NCBI GenBank assembly: GCA_043228905.1 | Contig: JBHGNT010000003.1 | Location: 15,066,001 to 15,130,000, forward strand | Direction of reading: 5' to 3' | From: Azolla caroliniana | Lineage: Eukaryota > Plantae > Polypodiophyta | DNA length: 64,000 nucleotides | In this document: in pieces, positions 50,563-61,889 of the stretch | Layout of the letters: each line of letters begins with the position of its first letter | Numbering within the stretch: position 1 is the first letter of the stretch | Position numbers and translations under genes: made by a program | Notes under the pieces: model-generated | The model's input: only the letters and a program-made list of their open reading frames with translations | Told to the model about the DNA's origin: nothing | Database searches by the model: none

Positions 50563-50746
50563 GACCTGGTTTGTGTGGATATTGATGATGGAAGTCTTCA
50601 AGAAGAGCACGAGCATTGGTCACATTCTCGATCGGTTCCCAAGTACGTTCGATGGGGCTATAGCCTAGCCAATCGACTAGATAGTAGAGCTTGTTGCGAA
50701 CAATCTTGGAATCAAGGATGGCGGCAACCTCGTACTCCGGCCCATC
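50563..50746 (-). other. Integrase C-terminal chromodomain of element F
   Basis: Manual translation: EYEVAAILDSKIVRNKLYYLVDWLGYSPIERTWEPIENVTNARALLEDFHHQYP. Confidence 0.9.
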
Positions 50747-51330
50747 TTCAAGCTCGATCGGGGGTGGAGGTTGGATAAGACGTCTGGGATGGTGCTCTCA
50801 TGGTAGGGTTCGAGGAGAGAACTATGAAACACCGGATGTATCCGAAGTTGAGGAGGTAGATCGAGACGAAAAGCGACATCATTAATCTGTCCAATAATAC
50901 GGAAAGGACCTAATCGCCGATAATCTAACTTCTCACATGGGCGAGTAGTCTTGATGTGTCGTCATAGCAGCCACACCCGATCTCCAATATTAAAACTGGA
51001 TGGAAGTCGATGACGATCCGCGTAGACCTTGTGTGTTTGTTGAGCTTGCTGGAGATGAGTAGATAAATCCGCTTGTATCTTGCATAACTGCTCCAAACGA
51101 TCCTCCGCGCATGGATTTGTGGACACCTCTGGGGTTTCAAGTACACTCCACCGGGGGTGACATCCCGTATAAGCATAAAATGGCGTAACTTTAGTGGATG
51201 CGTGGATAGAGTTGTTATAGGCAAATTCGGCGAAGTGGAGAATATCTGCCCAGTCATCTTGATGATAGCTGAGAAAGCACCGCAGATACTGCTCCAACGT
51301 TTGATTTGTTCGTTCAGCTTGGCCGTCGGC

Positions 51331-52806
51331 TTATGGGTGGTAGCCGGAGGAGAGGTTACAAGTGACCTTGAGCATGTTAAAAAGGTGCTTCCAGAATTTT
51401 GACACGAACTGGGGTCCACGGTCGCTGATGATACTATCGGGAAGTCCATGATGCCGACATACTTCACGCATGACAATTTCGGCAGTGTCTTCACTGGATA
51501 TCTCCTTAGTACATGGCAAGAAATGAGCCATCTTCGTATATCGATCGACCACCGTTAGAATCACATTGAACCCCTTAGAGACTGGAAGATTTGTGATGAA
51601 GTCTAGAGCAATGGATTGCCACGGCTTGCTTGGAATTGGTAATGGTTCTAATAAATCATATGGATGATGCCTTGGCATTTTCGCTTTGCAACATGTATCA
51701 CAAGTCTGAACAAAATCCTCGACAAATTGTCGCATACAGGGCCACCAGAATGTTCGTTGTACTAAATGTAATGTTTTAGTACTACCAAAATGCCCAACTG
51801 TATATGTGTCATGACAGTTTTGTACTACTCGAAGGCGGCAAGAACCATTAGGAACATACAAAAGTTCTTTAAAGATGAGTAATCCATCATGGTATGTGAA
51901 TTGCCGATAGTCCGTACCTGGTGGTTGCGACTGTGAACATGACGCTCGAGAGGGATCAATTTGTGCTAGTATAGCTTGGGTGAACGCATCTGTCTTCAAG
52001 TCTTCACGTATGGTATCGATAACGCGGGAATCCATAGGCATGTCAAAGATCTGTGTTGCTTGTAGTCGTGTCGGTCCCAAGATGACTTGTTTTTGGTTAT
52101 CGAAAGCTGGCTCGCCAGGACGGGGTGCTAGATACGAACGCCATGATAATGCATCTGCCTTCCCTTGGTGCCTCCCCAGACGATATGTAATTTTGAAGTC
52201 GAAACGCGTGAGGAAGTGGGCCCACCGAGCTTGACGTCGATTCAACACACGAGCATCCTGAAAGTAGGCAAGATTCTTGTGGTCACTAAATACTGTGACT
52301 GGATGAGAGGATCCCTCCAGAAAATGCCTCCATTGGATAAAAGAATCCACTATTGCCAATAACTCCTTATCATGAATTTCGTAGTTGATTTCGGCAGCGT
52401 CAAACTTGCGTGAGTGAAAAGCCACAGGATGTAGCTTCTCATCATTCCCCTGTTGTGACAGAATGCTCCCCAATGCAAAATCCGATGCGTCAGCTTCGAT
52501 AATGAATGGTTTTTCCGGATCGACATGAGCTAGAATTGGAGCCGATGTAAATGCCTTTTTAAGATTCTCAAAAGCCATGTCCGTTTCTTCAGACCAGATG
52601 AACGGTTGTCCCTTCCTAGTAAGTTGTGTGAGAGGTAGAACGATCTTTGAGTAATCTTGTATGAACTTCCGGTAAAAATTGGCAAAGCCTAAGAAGCATT
52701 GCACATCCCGCACTGAACGCGGAGTCTGCCATTCTACCACCGTTTTGACCTTAGCTGGGTCCATGGAGATGCCTTCTGATGAAATGATGTAGCCGAGAAA
52801 TTCCAC
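51331..52806 (-). pseudogene. Element F pol fragment (RT C-terminus, RNase H, integrase)
   Basis: EFLGYIIS, FLGFANFYRKFI, DKELLAIV, H...GH...C..C and DFITNLP. Confidence 0.9.
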
Positions 52807-54426
52807 TTGGTTGCACCCGAAACTACATTTTTCTAGCTTTGCATACAGACCATGTTCTCGAAGTCATTTTAGTACTAATAGTACATGAGAATCATGTTCT
52901 TCTTGGGTCTTTGAATAAACCAGTAGATCATCCAAATAGATGATCAAATAATCATCCAATAGATCTCAGAATATATCATTAGCCATGTGCTGGAAGACTG
53001 CCGGCGCATTAGTGAGGCCGAACGGCATGACCGTATACTCGAAGTGCCCATATTTGGTGCGAAACGCGGTCTTCCATTCGTCTCCTGGTCGGATCCGTAC
53101 GAGGTTATATGCTCCCCATAAGTCGATCTTCGTGAAGAACCTGGCACCATTGATCCGTTCTAAAAGACTTGAGATAAGGGGAAGAGCATACCTATTCCTG
53201 ATTGTAACCTTATTCAAGCCACGGTAATCTACAACGAGACGAAGCGATCCATCTTTTTTTTTGACGAAGAAAATGGGCACGCCGGCTGGAGATTTCGAAT
53301 GCCGAATGAAACCATTTTCCAAATTCTCCTCTATATAGGCATGAAGGACTTCCAGCTCGGTTGGTGACAAATTGTAGATCGGTCCCCATGGCGGCTGTTT
53401 TCCTGGTTGTAAATCGATGGGGCAATCGTACGGTCGATGATGAGGAAGTGTGTTGGCTTGTACTTTATCAAACACATCGGCGTAATGACGATACTTCTCG
53501 GGAAGTTGAACGATGGATTCTTCTTTAGTGGTGCTGGAGGGGTTTACTGATATTACTGACTTTGGCTCTTCGCGGAAGGTCAATAGTAAATCCTTGACGT
53601 CGTTGCGTAAACCATAACGGAATTGCTCCATCAACGCTTGATCATCCCAAGGGATATCGGCGGCGAGTAAGCGAAAATCTGTAGCGTATGCGGAGGCTGG
53701 ACGGTCACCTTGGCGTAATCGCCAGATTTTGTTGATTGCGGTCTTGATGCTATCAGTATCTCCGAAACATGCTTTAAACTCACCTAGAAATTCTTCAAAA
53801 TTGTTGAGTAACGGAGATTCCTTTTCTAATAGTGGAGTGAACCATGACAACGCTGAGCCACTTAACAAAGTGCCTACTAAACCCACTCATGATGCATCGG
53901 TGGGATATCGGGAAGGATGCATTTGAATAACTAATCGTACCTGGTTAAGGAACCCTCTAAACTGCGATCGCGTTCCATCGAACTTCGTGGGAAGGCCAAT
54001 CTTGGGTTCTTTATGAATCCGTTGTGTTCCGGGCCCTTGTTGTTGCATCGCTACGATGGTTGCTTCGAGTTGTTGCACGAGTAACGCAAGTTCCCCATGT
54101 TGTTGTTGCGTTTGCTGCTTTTCTAAGGAGATTTGCTGAAGATCCCCCAACAACCATTGGTTTTCTTGTTCTAAAGCATGGAACTTCTCCTTCAAGCATT
54201 GAAATTCCGAGAAAACAGATTGATATTCTTTAGCGCTAACAGTGGCCATGGGATGAAAGAAAAGAGGAATAAAAGATTAGTAGGAAATGAGAGAGACAGA
54301 AGGTAGGCAAATTGGTTCAAATTGTCATGAACAGTACTGAGACAGAGAAGGAATTAGTACTAAATGAAGGATTAGTACTATGAGAGGTGTGGAACTTCTT
54401 CGAGAGAAGGAAGAAGTGAGCGAGAC

Positions 54427-54477
<51 letters not shown>

Positions 54478-54885
54478 TGATACGAAAGATATGTATTATA
54501 TGAAGAGAATATACAATGGTGGCTAAATGGCTTAAGACTGGCGTTGAACCAATTTAGTTCAACATAATGCCTAGTGCCCTCTTTTATAGTGTTTTCAGGA
54601 GTAATCCTGAAGCTTCTAGAATGTTCCAGAGAAATCTGGAATATACACTAATTTCCTATAATAAAATGTAAATGAAAATAATATCCTACGTATTAAAATA
54701 GATGATCTAATGGTCAAGAGCTCGACCCATATAACCTAAGGTCATGGGTTCGAGTCTTGCCATATCATGACAGAGAGGAAGAGAGAGAGAGAGAACGCAC
54801 GCGCAGCACCGACACAACACACACCTCTTATGTATAGGAAACACAGGGAAGGGAAAGCACCTGACACCAACAGAGTCACAAATAT

Positions 54886-54921
<36 letters not shown>

Positions 54922-57900
54922 GATTACAAGAGTGGGTTACAACTCTGGCTCCGAGCCGGATTGAGGTAAGCTAGATCGTAACAGCAGTCTGCCGCTGTCG
55001 GGGAGCTCTCGGGCTTGTCACACCGAGCGGGGTCTTGCACAGGAGGCCGAGTAGAAGCAAACCTACAACAGGGGGGGTGGGGGGAGATACAACCCCGGCC
55101 GCGAGCCGGGTACGCTCAGAAGAAGAAGAGTTAACCTAACAGCTTTCCCGCCATAGCTGCCGCCCGAGTTCTCGAGAAGGAGAAGAATGTAACTAACCCT
55201 AGAAAAGAAGCACAAAATGGCATACCCTTACGACTCAAAAATGGGCAACCCTTTCACAAGAGGCGCTCCCTTCCTTTTATAGAACAAGGAGGGAGATGCG
55301 TTACAATGTGGGATGAATCCCGACTTACATGGGATTCTCTGTCCCGACTTGACTCCTACTATTCACACGTTTTTACAAGGGTAAGTGCACATGGTGCACA
55401 CCGCCGATTCTCCCGGTATTCTTCGATTCCGCCTAGGGACGGTTTTCTCCATGACATCCGCCCCCACCTAACCGCGCATCCACCGGTATGCGCCAAAATA
55501 GACTCTTGCTGGAGAAGACCGGCCCGCAGTTACGATTCGTCCTCCGGATCACCAATCGCTCCGAACCGATCGTCCTCGCTATCCATGTTGCCTGGATCCG
55601 GTTCATCCTCGTGCTGCTTGCCTCTCCGTAGGCTCATTCGTCCCGCAAATAGGTCGTTCGTTGCGACCCTGTAGTATGTGTTCCCCATTGTTGGCCCTTC
55701 GCTCGGCTGTATGCACGCTCCGCTCTCCACACACCGGTGTCCTCCAAGTTCGAGGAACACCCCGTGGTAGCCCGCTTGGCCACTTTCGTCTCGCGTTGCT
55801 ACTATCGGTTTGGAGCCTTCTGCTCGCCGTTGTCCCCTCGCCCCCACCAGCTTGTTGTCTCGGGTTTGGTACGCTACGCCCGTCATTGCCACTCCTTTTG
55901 AACTGCCGAGATCTCCGAAGCAGGTGTGGAGGATCCTCCTTCGGACCTCGATCTTGTTTCCGGTCTGCATCCCACGTAGTTCGTCTACGCGCGCGCGTGT
56001 TTTCGTTCCCGGCACCGCCGTGTGCTGTCCTCCGCCCTCCTTGTCCGGCACTGTCTGTACCGAACACTATCCCGTACCCGTGCTTGCTTTGGCCCTCGAT
56101 GGCCACACACACGTCTTTTGTTCTGCTTTCGGGTGTGCCCCCTTTCCGGCTCGGTACACCGCTCCTTAATTGCGTGTCCCCGGCAGCTCACCGGAAGATC
56201 ACCCTTGCCGCGTCTTGGCCCGCACAACCTCCTTCTTTCTCATAACGCCTTGGTTGGTCGGTGACTCTGCCATCGCCTCCTTTGTCCCCTTGCCGCCACC
56301 TTCCATTACCCTCGGTCTCACGTTGCCATGTCAGCCGAACAGCCGGGGTCTCCGGGCATGTGTGAAGGATCCTTCTCTAGCCTCCGTTTTGTTGGGTCGC
56401 CGACTTGTGTACCAAGCGCGTCCGATCTTTGTCTTTCCGGCCCTACCAGTCGGGCCCGTATTTGGTTCGTAGCCACCTCGCTGGCCTGATACCTTCCTTC
56501 TCTACTTTCCGTCGTTCGACCACGTTCACCTGTCGCCATTGTCCTTTCTTATAGGACTCACGCCGGCTCTCGGGCCGACCGCCGGATCGGTGTGAGGATC
56601 TTCGTGGAACCGCCGTCTCGGTCTTCAGTTGCCCGCCTTGCCTCCGCAACCATTCTTCTCTCTAGGTCTCACGCCGGACCTCGTTGCCAGTTGCCGGAGT
56701 GTCTAGAACCGGTGTGTGTAAGCTCGCTGCAGCACCGCTTGCCGTCTTCCCGTCCTCCGCGTCGGCCTCCTCAGCTGGTCGCGTTCACCTACCGACACCG
56801 ATCTCTCCTATAGGACTCACGCCGGCACTCGGGCCGACAGCCGAACCTGTGTGAGGATCTCCATAGAATGCCCAGCCCACAGTTCTCTGCCTTCGTCCCC
56901 TCGCCGCCACCGATCGTCACTCTAGGTCTCACGGCGGCTCTTGGGCTGATTGTCGGAGTCTCTGGAACCGGTGTGAAGGATCCTCCTTGGGCTCGTTGTA
57001 TCCTAGACCCTTATCTCGGGTCTTCTTTGTCCGCAAGTCGAGAGGGTGGCTCGCTCCACACCCTTTCCCTTGGTACCGACGTACCGATCTTCTCAGCCTC
57101 TTCGTAGGCCTGCTCTCTCCCCTCTTCCGGATCGGTTATCCGGAAGTCTGCTCCGCCCGGTTCTCGTCCGGGTCCACCTGTCATTCTCCAGATTGCCGGG
57201 TTCCATTCTCCCGTCGCCACCGTCTTTTCCTATAGGACTCACGCCAGCACTCGGCCGACAGCCGAATCGGAGTGAGGATCTCCGTAGGACCGGTCTTTGT
57301 TCTTCTCTTCATTCTTTGTACTTCTCCCAAACTCGTCCTCGCTCTCCTCGTTGTGCTCCAGCTTCCATCTTCCATCTCTTTCGGTCTCACGTTGCCACGT
57401 CGGCCAAACTACTGAAGTCTCCAGACAAGATGTGGGGTAACCGATTTCGTAACGTCTTTCTGCGACTCGTTCGGGCCACCGACCCTTTTAGTGGTGTCGG
57501 TGGAAAGCATCCGCTCTGTGATCAACCAAGCCCTGCTTGGGCTTGATTCTCCAATGTCCGGAGTTTCGGCTCCGATGCCGATCCAACTGGACTCGTTCTG
57601 AACCCTTTCTCACCTTCCTTTCGGTTCCCGACCTTCGCCTGGTCGGTCTTTCTCCCCATGTAAAAGAGGGCGGCTCGTTCTGCACCCTCTCCCATGTCGG
57701 CACCTTCATGCCGATTCTGGCCCCGGTCGAACAATCCACGACTGGATCGTGCTCCAACCGAATCGGAGTGTCGCGCGGTTCAGTCCCCGGTCGGGTCGTT
57801 CCTGGGTCTCTTCTACGACCTTTTTGCAGGCCGTTTCCCACCCATCTTCGCTGGCATCGTGCCAGGAGTCCTGGATACTATCATCCATCTCCTCGGTCTC

Positions 57901-58551
57901 ACGTGGGCGTAAGGGCCCGAATGCCGAGTTCTCCGGAATCAGTTCCGAGGGCTCTTGTCTGCTCCTTCCTTGAATCGTCTCGCCATCGATTCTCGGTCTT
58001 ACGCCGCCGTCTTACTCCTCCAGGGACTCACATGGGCACTCAGGCCCGATTACCATCGTCTCGGGAGCAAGTGTGGGAAGACGCGAAGAACTGCCCGTCC
58101 GTTTTACGCCCTCGTTCGTAGCCACCGGCTCCTCGTGGTCGGTGGTCGTCTTCTTACCGATCATGCAAGCCCCGCCTGGGCTTGCTTTTCCAATGTCCGG
58201 TGTTTCGGGCTGTTGCCCCCGAAACCACCGGTCCCAACGTTCCGATTCCGCGATCGGTATCTCGGCCTCGTCCTCGGCAGTTCTATCTCCGCAAGTCGAG
58301 AAGGCGTTTTGTTCCGCACCCTCTCCCATGGTACCGTCATACCATTCTTTTGCCATCTCATGGGGCAAGTTCGTCTACTCGGCGTCGGCTTGCAGCCTCG
58401 ATCTTTCCTCTTCCCCGAGCATTGCCTCGAGAGCTGCGTACGCCTCCGCAATCCTGGCCCCGAAGCCGAGCCTTGCCGATTCTCTTTGCCGCCCGGCCTC
58501 TTCCTGCTGTGATGGCACGCCGTCGCGGGCCTTCCCCTTTGCCTTCTCGGC

Positions 58552-59163
58552 TCACTCCTCATCTAGCTGTTGGCATACTCTTCCGATCTTCGACCAGTCC
58601 TCGGTAAGGCCATTCGCTCCGTCCTCGTCTTCGAGCTCAACCCCGATGGCCTCCCGTTCCGCTCGGTCGATCGACTTAACGAACAACAGGACTTTGTCCG
58701 CCCCCACCAAACCTTGTTCCCGCACCGGGAGCCGAGCAAGCCGCTGCTCGAACTCTCGGAACGCCTTCATTGTGGCCTGGTGGGTCTTCGGCGATGCAAC
58801 CCATTGGTCGAAGTCGCGTCGTCCCCGGCTCTTCAGCCGTCCTCCATATGCCTGCAGGAGCGCCTCTTCAAAGGCCTCCCACGAACTATGAGCTTCTCGG
58901 AGCTCCTTCACTTCCACGTGCATGCGGACGACGACGACCCGACAGAAGAACTCCAGCCTCAACGCCTTGTCTACGTCTCGCTCCTCCATCTCCGCGTTGT
59001 AGGCTTCCAAGTAGAATGGGACTTTGTCCCCGTTGAACCAGCCGACTCTTTCGACCACGCATTCGACAGCTTGCTGCGTCGTCTCTCTTGTTCTTGTTGC
59101 TCGTCCAAACTCCCTCACCGCTTCGACAAAAAGTTGCGCGAAGTCGTCTTCTTCCAACTCCAT
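58552..59163 (-). CDS. Gag-like ORF of element E (203 aa)
   Basis: ATG 16 nt after the PBS. FNGDKVPFYLEAY...SWEAFEEALLQAY resembles a retrotransposon capsid. Confidence 0.6.
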   Translation of the reverse strand: MELEEDDFAQLFVEAVREFGRATRTRETTQQAVECVVERVGWFNGDKVPFYLEAYNAEMEERDVDKALRLEFFCRVVVVRMHVEVKELREAHSSWEAFEEALLQAYGGRLKSRGRRDFDQWVASPKTHQATMKAFREFEQRLARLPVREQGLVGADKVLLFVKSIDRAEREAIGVELEDEDGANGLTEDWSKIGRVCQQLDEE

Positions 59164-61889
59164 CCTCTCTTGCCGCCCTTCACGTCGGGTTCACCAATGA
59201 TGTCGCGGTATTCCGCGGGTACGTGTAGAAGAGGGGCAGGACCACGGGGATCTCAGACGAGGAAGTGATGGGGTGTCGGAAGCCGACTTCACTCCGGTCC
59301 CGGCTACACTGGTTGTGGCGCGACCTGGAGCGATTCCGGACGCGTACCGGTGGCTACCAAACGCGAGAGAGGAAGAGAGAGAGAGAGAACGCGGGTGCAA
59401 CACCGACACAACACACACCTCTTATGTACAGGAAACACAGGGAAGGGAAAGCACCCGACACCAACAGAGTCACAAATATGCACAACCATGTATATATATA
59501 TATGATTACAAGAGTGGGTTACAACTCCGGCTCCGAGCTAGACTGAGGTAAGCTAGGTTGCAACAGCAGTCTGCCGCCAAGCCGCCGTCAGGGAGCTCTC
59601 AGGCTCGTCGCGCCGAGCGGGGTCTTGCACAGCCTAACAGCTTTCCCGCCATAGCTGCCGCCCGAGTTCTCGAGAAGGAGAAGAAGGAGAAGAATGTAAC
59701 TAACTCTAGAAAAGAAGCACAAAATGGTATACCCTTACGACTCAAAAATGGGCAACCCTTTCACAAGAGGCGCTCCCTTCCGTTTATAGAACAAGGAGGG
59801 AGATGCGTTACAATGTGGGATGAATCCCGACTTACATGGGATTCTCTGTCCCGACTTGACTCCTACTATTCACACGTTTTTACAAGGGTAAGTGCACATG
59901 GTGCACACCGTCGATTCTCCCGGTATTCTTCGGTTCCGTCTAGGGACGCTTTTCTGCACAACACCGTATTCTTGTTTGAATCCCTTCGCAACGAGCCGAG
60001 CTTTGTACTTGGGGTTTTTCTGAGTTGGATACATGTTTGTATCGGAAAACCCATTTGTAGGGTAGTGGCCTCCTTCCAACGGGTAGTTCAACTAGCTCCC
60101 ATGTCTGACTCTTGTGAATCGAGTCCATTTCAGATTTCATGGCTTGTAGCCATGTGTTGGCGCCCGTTGCGGCCATAGCTTCTTCATAAGTATTTGGTTC
60201 GCCTACATCGGTGTAGTTGACGTAGTTGAGGCCCGGTTGATAGAACTTTGTTGGCCTTCGAGCTCATCTAGATATCCTGGGTGCCGAGATAAGTGATTCA
60301 GATTCTTCGATTGGCTGTGTAGGTCGATCGGTACTTGTTGAACCATTTGTGTCAGGATTCTTGTTGGGTGACCCGCCCCCAAGTTGGGATTTCGGTGGTG
60401 TCACGTTGTCCTCCCCTATGGACTCTTGTCGAATCGGCTCCGTCGTTCATGGCTTTGTCTTCGAGTTCGACTAATGGACTTCCTACCGATTCGGAGTCGG
60501 CAGGTATGTTGTCGGCTTGCTCGAGTTCGATTGTTTGTTGAATCTCTGAGTTGGCCCGGAGGGTTGGTCCTTCTACGACGTCTCTGCAGTCTTGGAAGGA
60601 TACCTTTTTACTAATTGTTTTTTGTTGGTTCCATTGAGAGAAGATAGATTCTTCATTGAAGACTACGTCACTGCTCCAGATCAGTTTCTTGTTCTCAGGG
60701 TCCCATAGCCGGTAGCCAAAGTCCCCATCGGTTCCATAACCGAGAAATATGCATTTCGTTGCATGGGGTGCCAACTTGGTCCTTTTCTCCCTAGGGATGA
60801 ACGCGTAGGCTTCGCATCCGAATACACGGAGCCTATCGTAGGTTAGCTGTCTGCCTGACCATAGTGCCCATGGCACTTCGACCCTAATTGCTCATGAAGG
60901 CGCCAAATTTATTAGGTATACCGCCGTCTGCAATGCTTCTGCCCCGAATTCTAGCTTCAGTCCGGCTTGCTGAAGCATTGTTGTGACCCTCTCTGAGATC
61001 GTTCTGTTGATCCGTTCTGCTACTCCATTTTGCATGGGTGTGTAGGGAATGGTCTTTTGATGTCGGATCCCTTTGGTGGACAGGTACTATTTGAAGGCTT
61101 TGGAGGTGTATTCGCCTCCGTTGACGGATCAGAGTGTCTTCACTCTGTGTCCCGATCGGTTCTCCACTTCAAATATCCATCGAGTGAAGACCTCGAGTGC
61201 TTCGTCTTTGGACCTGATCGAGTAGGCCCAGACCTTTCGAGTACAATCATCTACAAAGATGATAAAGTACCGGGAGCCTCCTAGTGATCGATCTGGCATG
61301 GGCCCACATATATATGTGTTCACGAGTGCGAGGGGTTTTCATACCTTCTTGTAGTGGAAAGTGTGTGGACTTCGGGTCTGTTTCTCGTACTGACAATGCT
61401 CGTAGAAGTCCGTCTTCGCTTGGAGTTTTGGGATGTAGCCTACCCCCATCAACCGATCAAGTCCGACTTGAGACATATGAGTGAGTCGGCCATGCCATAG
61501 GTTTGGGTCGGTCTTTTCGACTACGTTCGCGGCCCCTTCTGGATTGATCGCCATTAGCGGGTACAAGTTGTTGTACTTGTGCCCGCCTCGTATCTTCAGG
61601 TTTCCTCGGCTGATCATCCATACCGACTCACTTAGAGTCGTTTTGTACCCGTCTTCGGCTAGCATGCTGATGGAAACCAGACTCCATTTCAGGTCAGGTA
61701 CATGACGAACTCGGTGTAGGGTTATTGTGTTGCCATTTGGCAATCAGATGGGAACCTCTCTGGTTCGTACAATTCTGCACTCTTGCTCGTTGCCTAGACG
61801 GTCTGTGCCGCTGGCATCGGCTGAATAGTCCGAAAACCATTCAATGTTGGGGGTCACATGGAATGTGGCACTAGAATCCAGTAGCCTAA

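Larger units (their letters stand above)
50077..54772 (-). mobile_element. Ty3/gypsy chromovirus F (Tcn1-like), nested in the 3' LTR of E
   Basis: LTRs 50077-50514 and 54323-54772, TSD GAGAG, PPT at 50515-50525. Gag (KFDGTRSQFRGFL), RT ([20 protein letters not shown]), RH (EADASDFALG), INT (ISDRGPQF) and a chromodomain. Confidence 0.96.
49906..59963 (-). mobile_element. LTR retrotransposon E: gag-only non-autonomous gypsy-like element
   Basis: 5' LTR 59201-59963 and 3' LTR 49906-50076 + 54778-55456. 4-bp TSD CCGT. PBS TGGTGAACCCGACGTGAA (59196-59179), PPT at 55457-55469. Gag-like ORF 58552-59163. No RT motifs found inside. Confidence 0.88.
48053..61886 (-). mobile_element. Copia element D (same family as A): 3' LTR 48053-48316, RT/RH 48480-49905, interrupted by E, resuming 59964-61886 (RT N-terminus, integrase, protease); 5' part missing
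   Basis: The LTR is the reverse-complement homolog of the A LTR (TGTTGGCATAAAAGGCC...). PPT at 48317-48327. The RT motif GFKQEYG|VDYDEIFS is split by E. YPLMAINPEG...KTDPNLWHGRL is shared with A. Confidence 0.9.

Noticed and set aside
55306-58900. Many overlapping 60-270 aa ORFs on both strands
   Set aside because: Expected from the GC-rich repetitive interior of element E, with no recognisable domains apart from the gag-like ORF.
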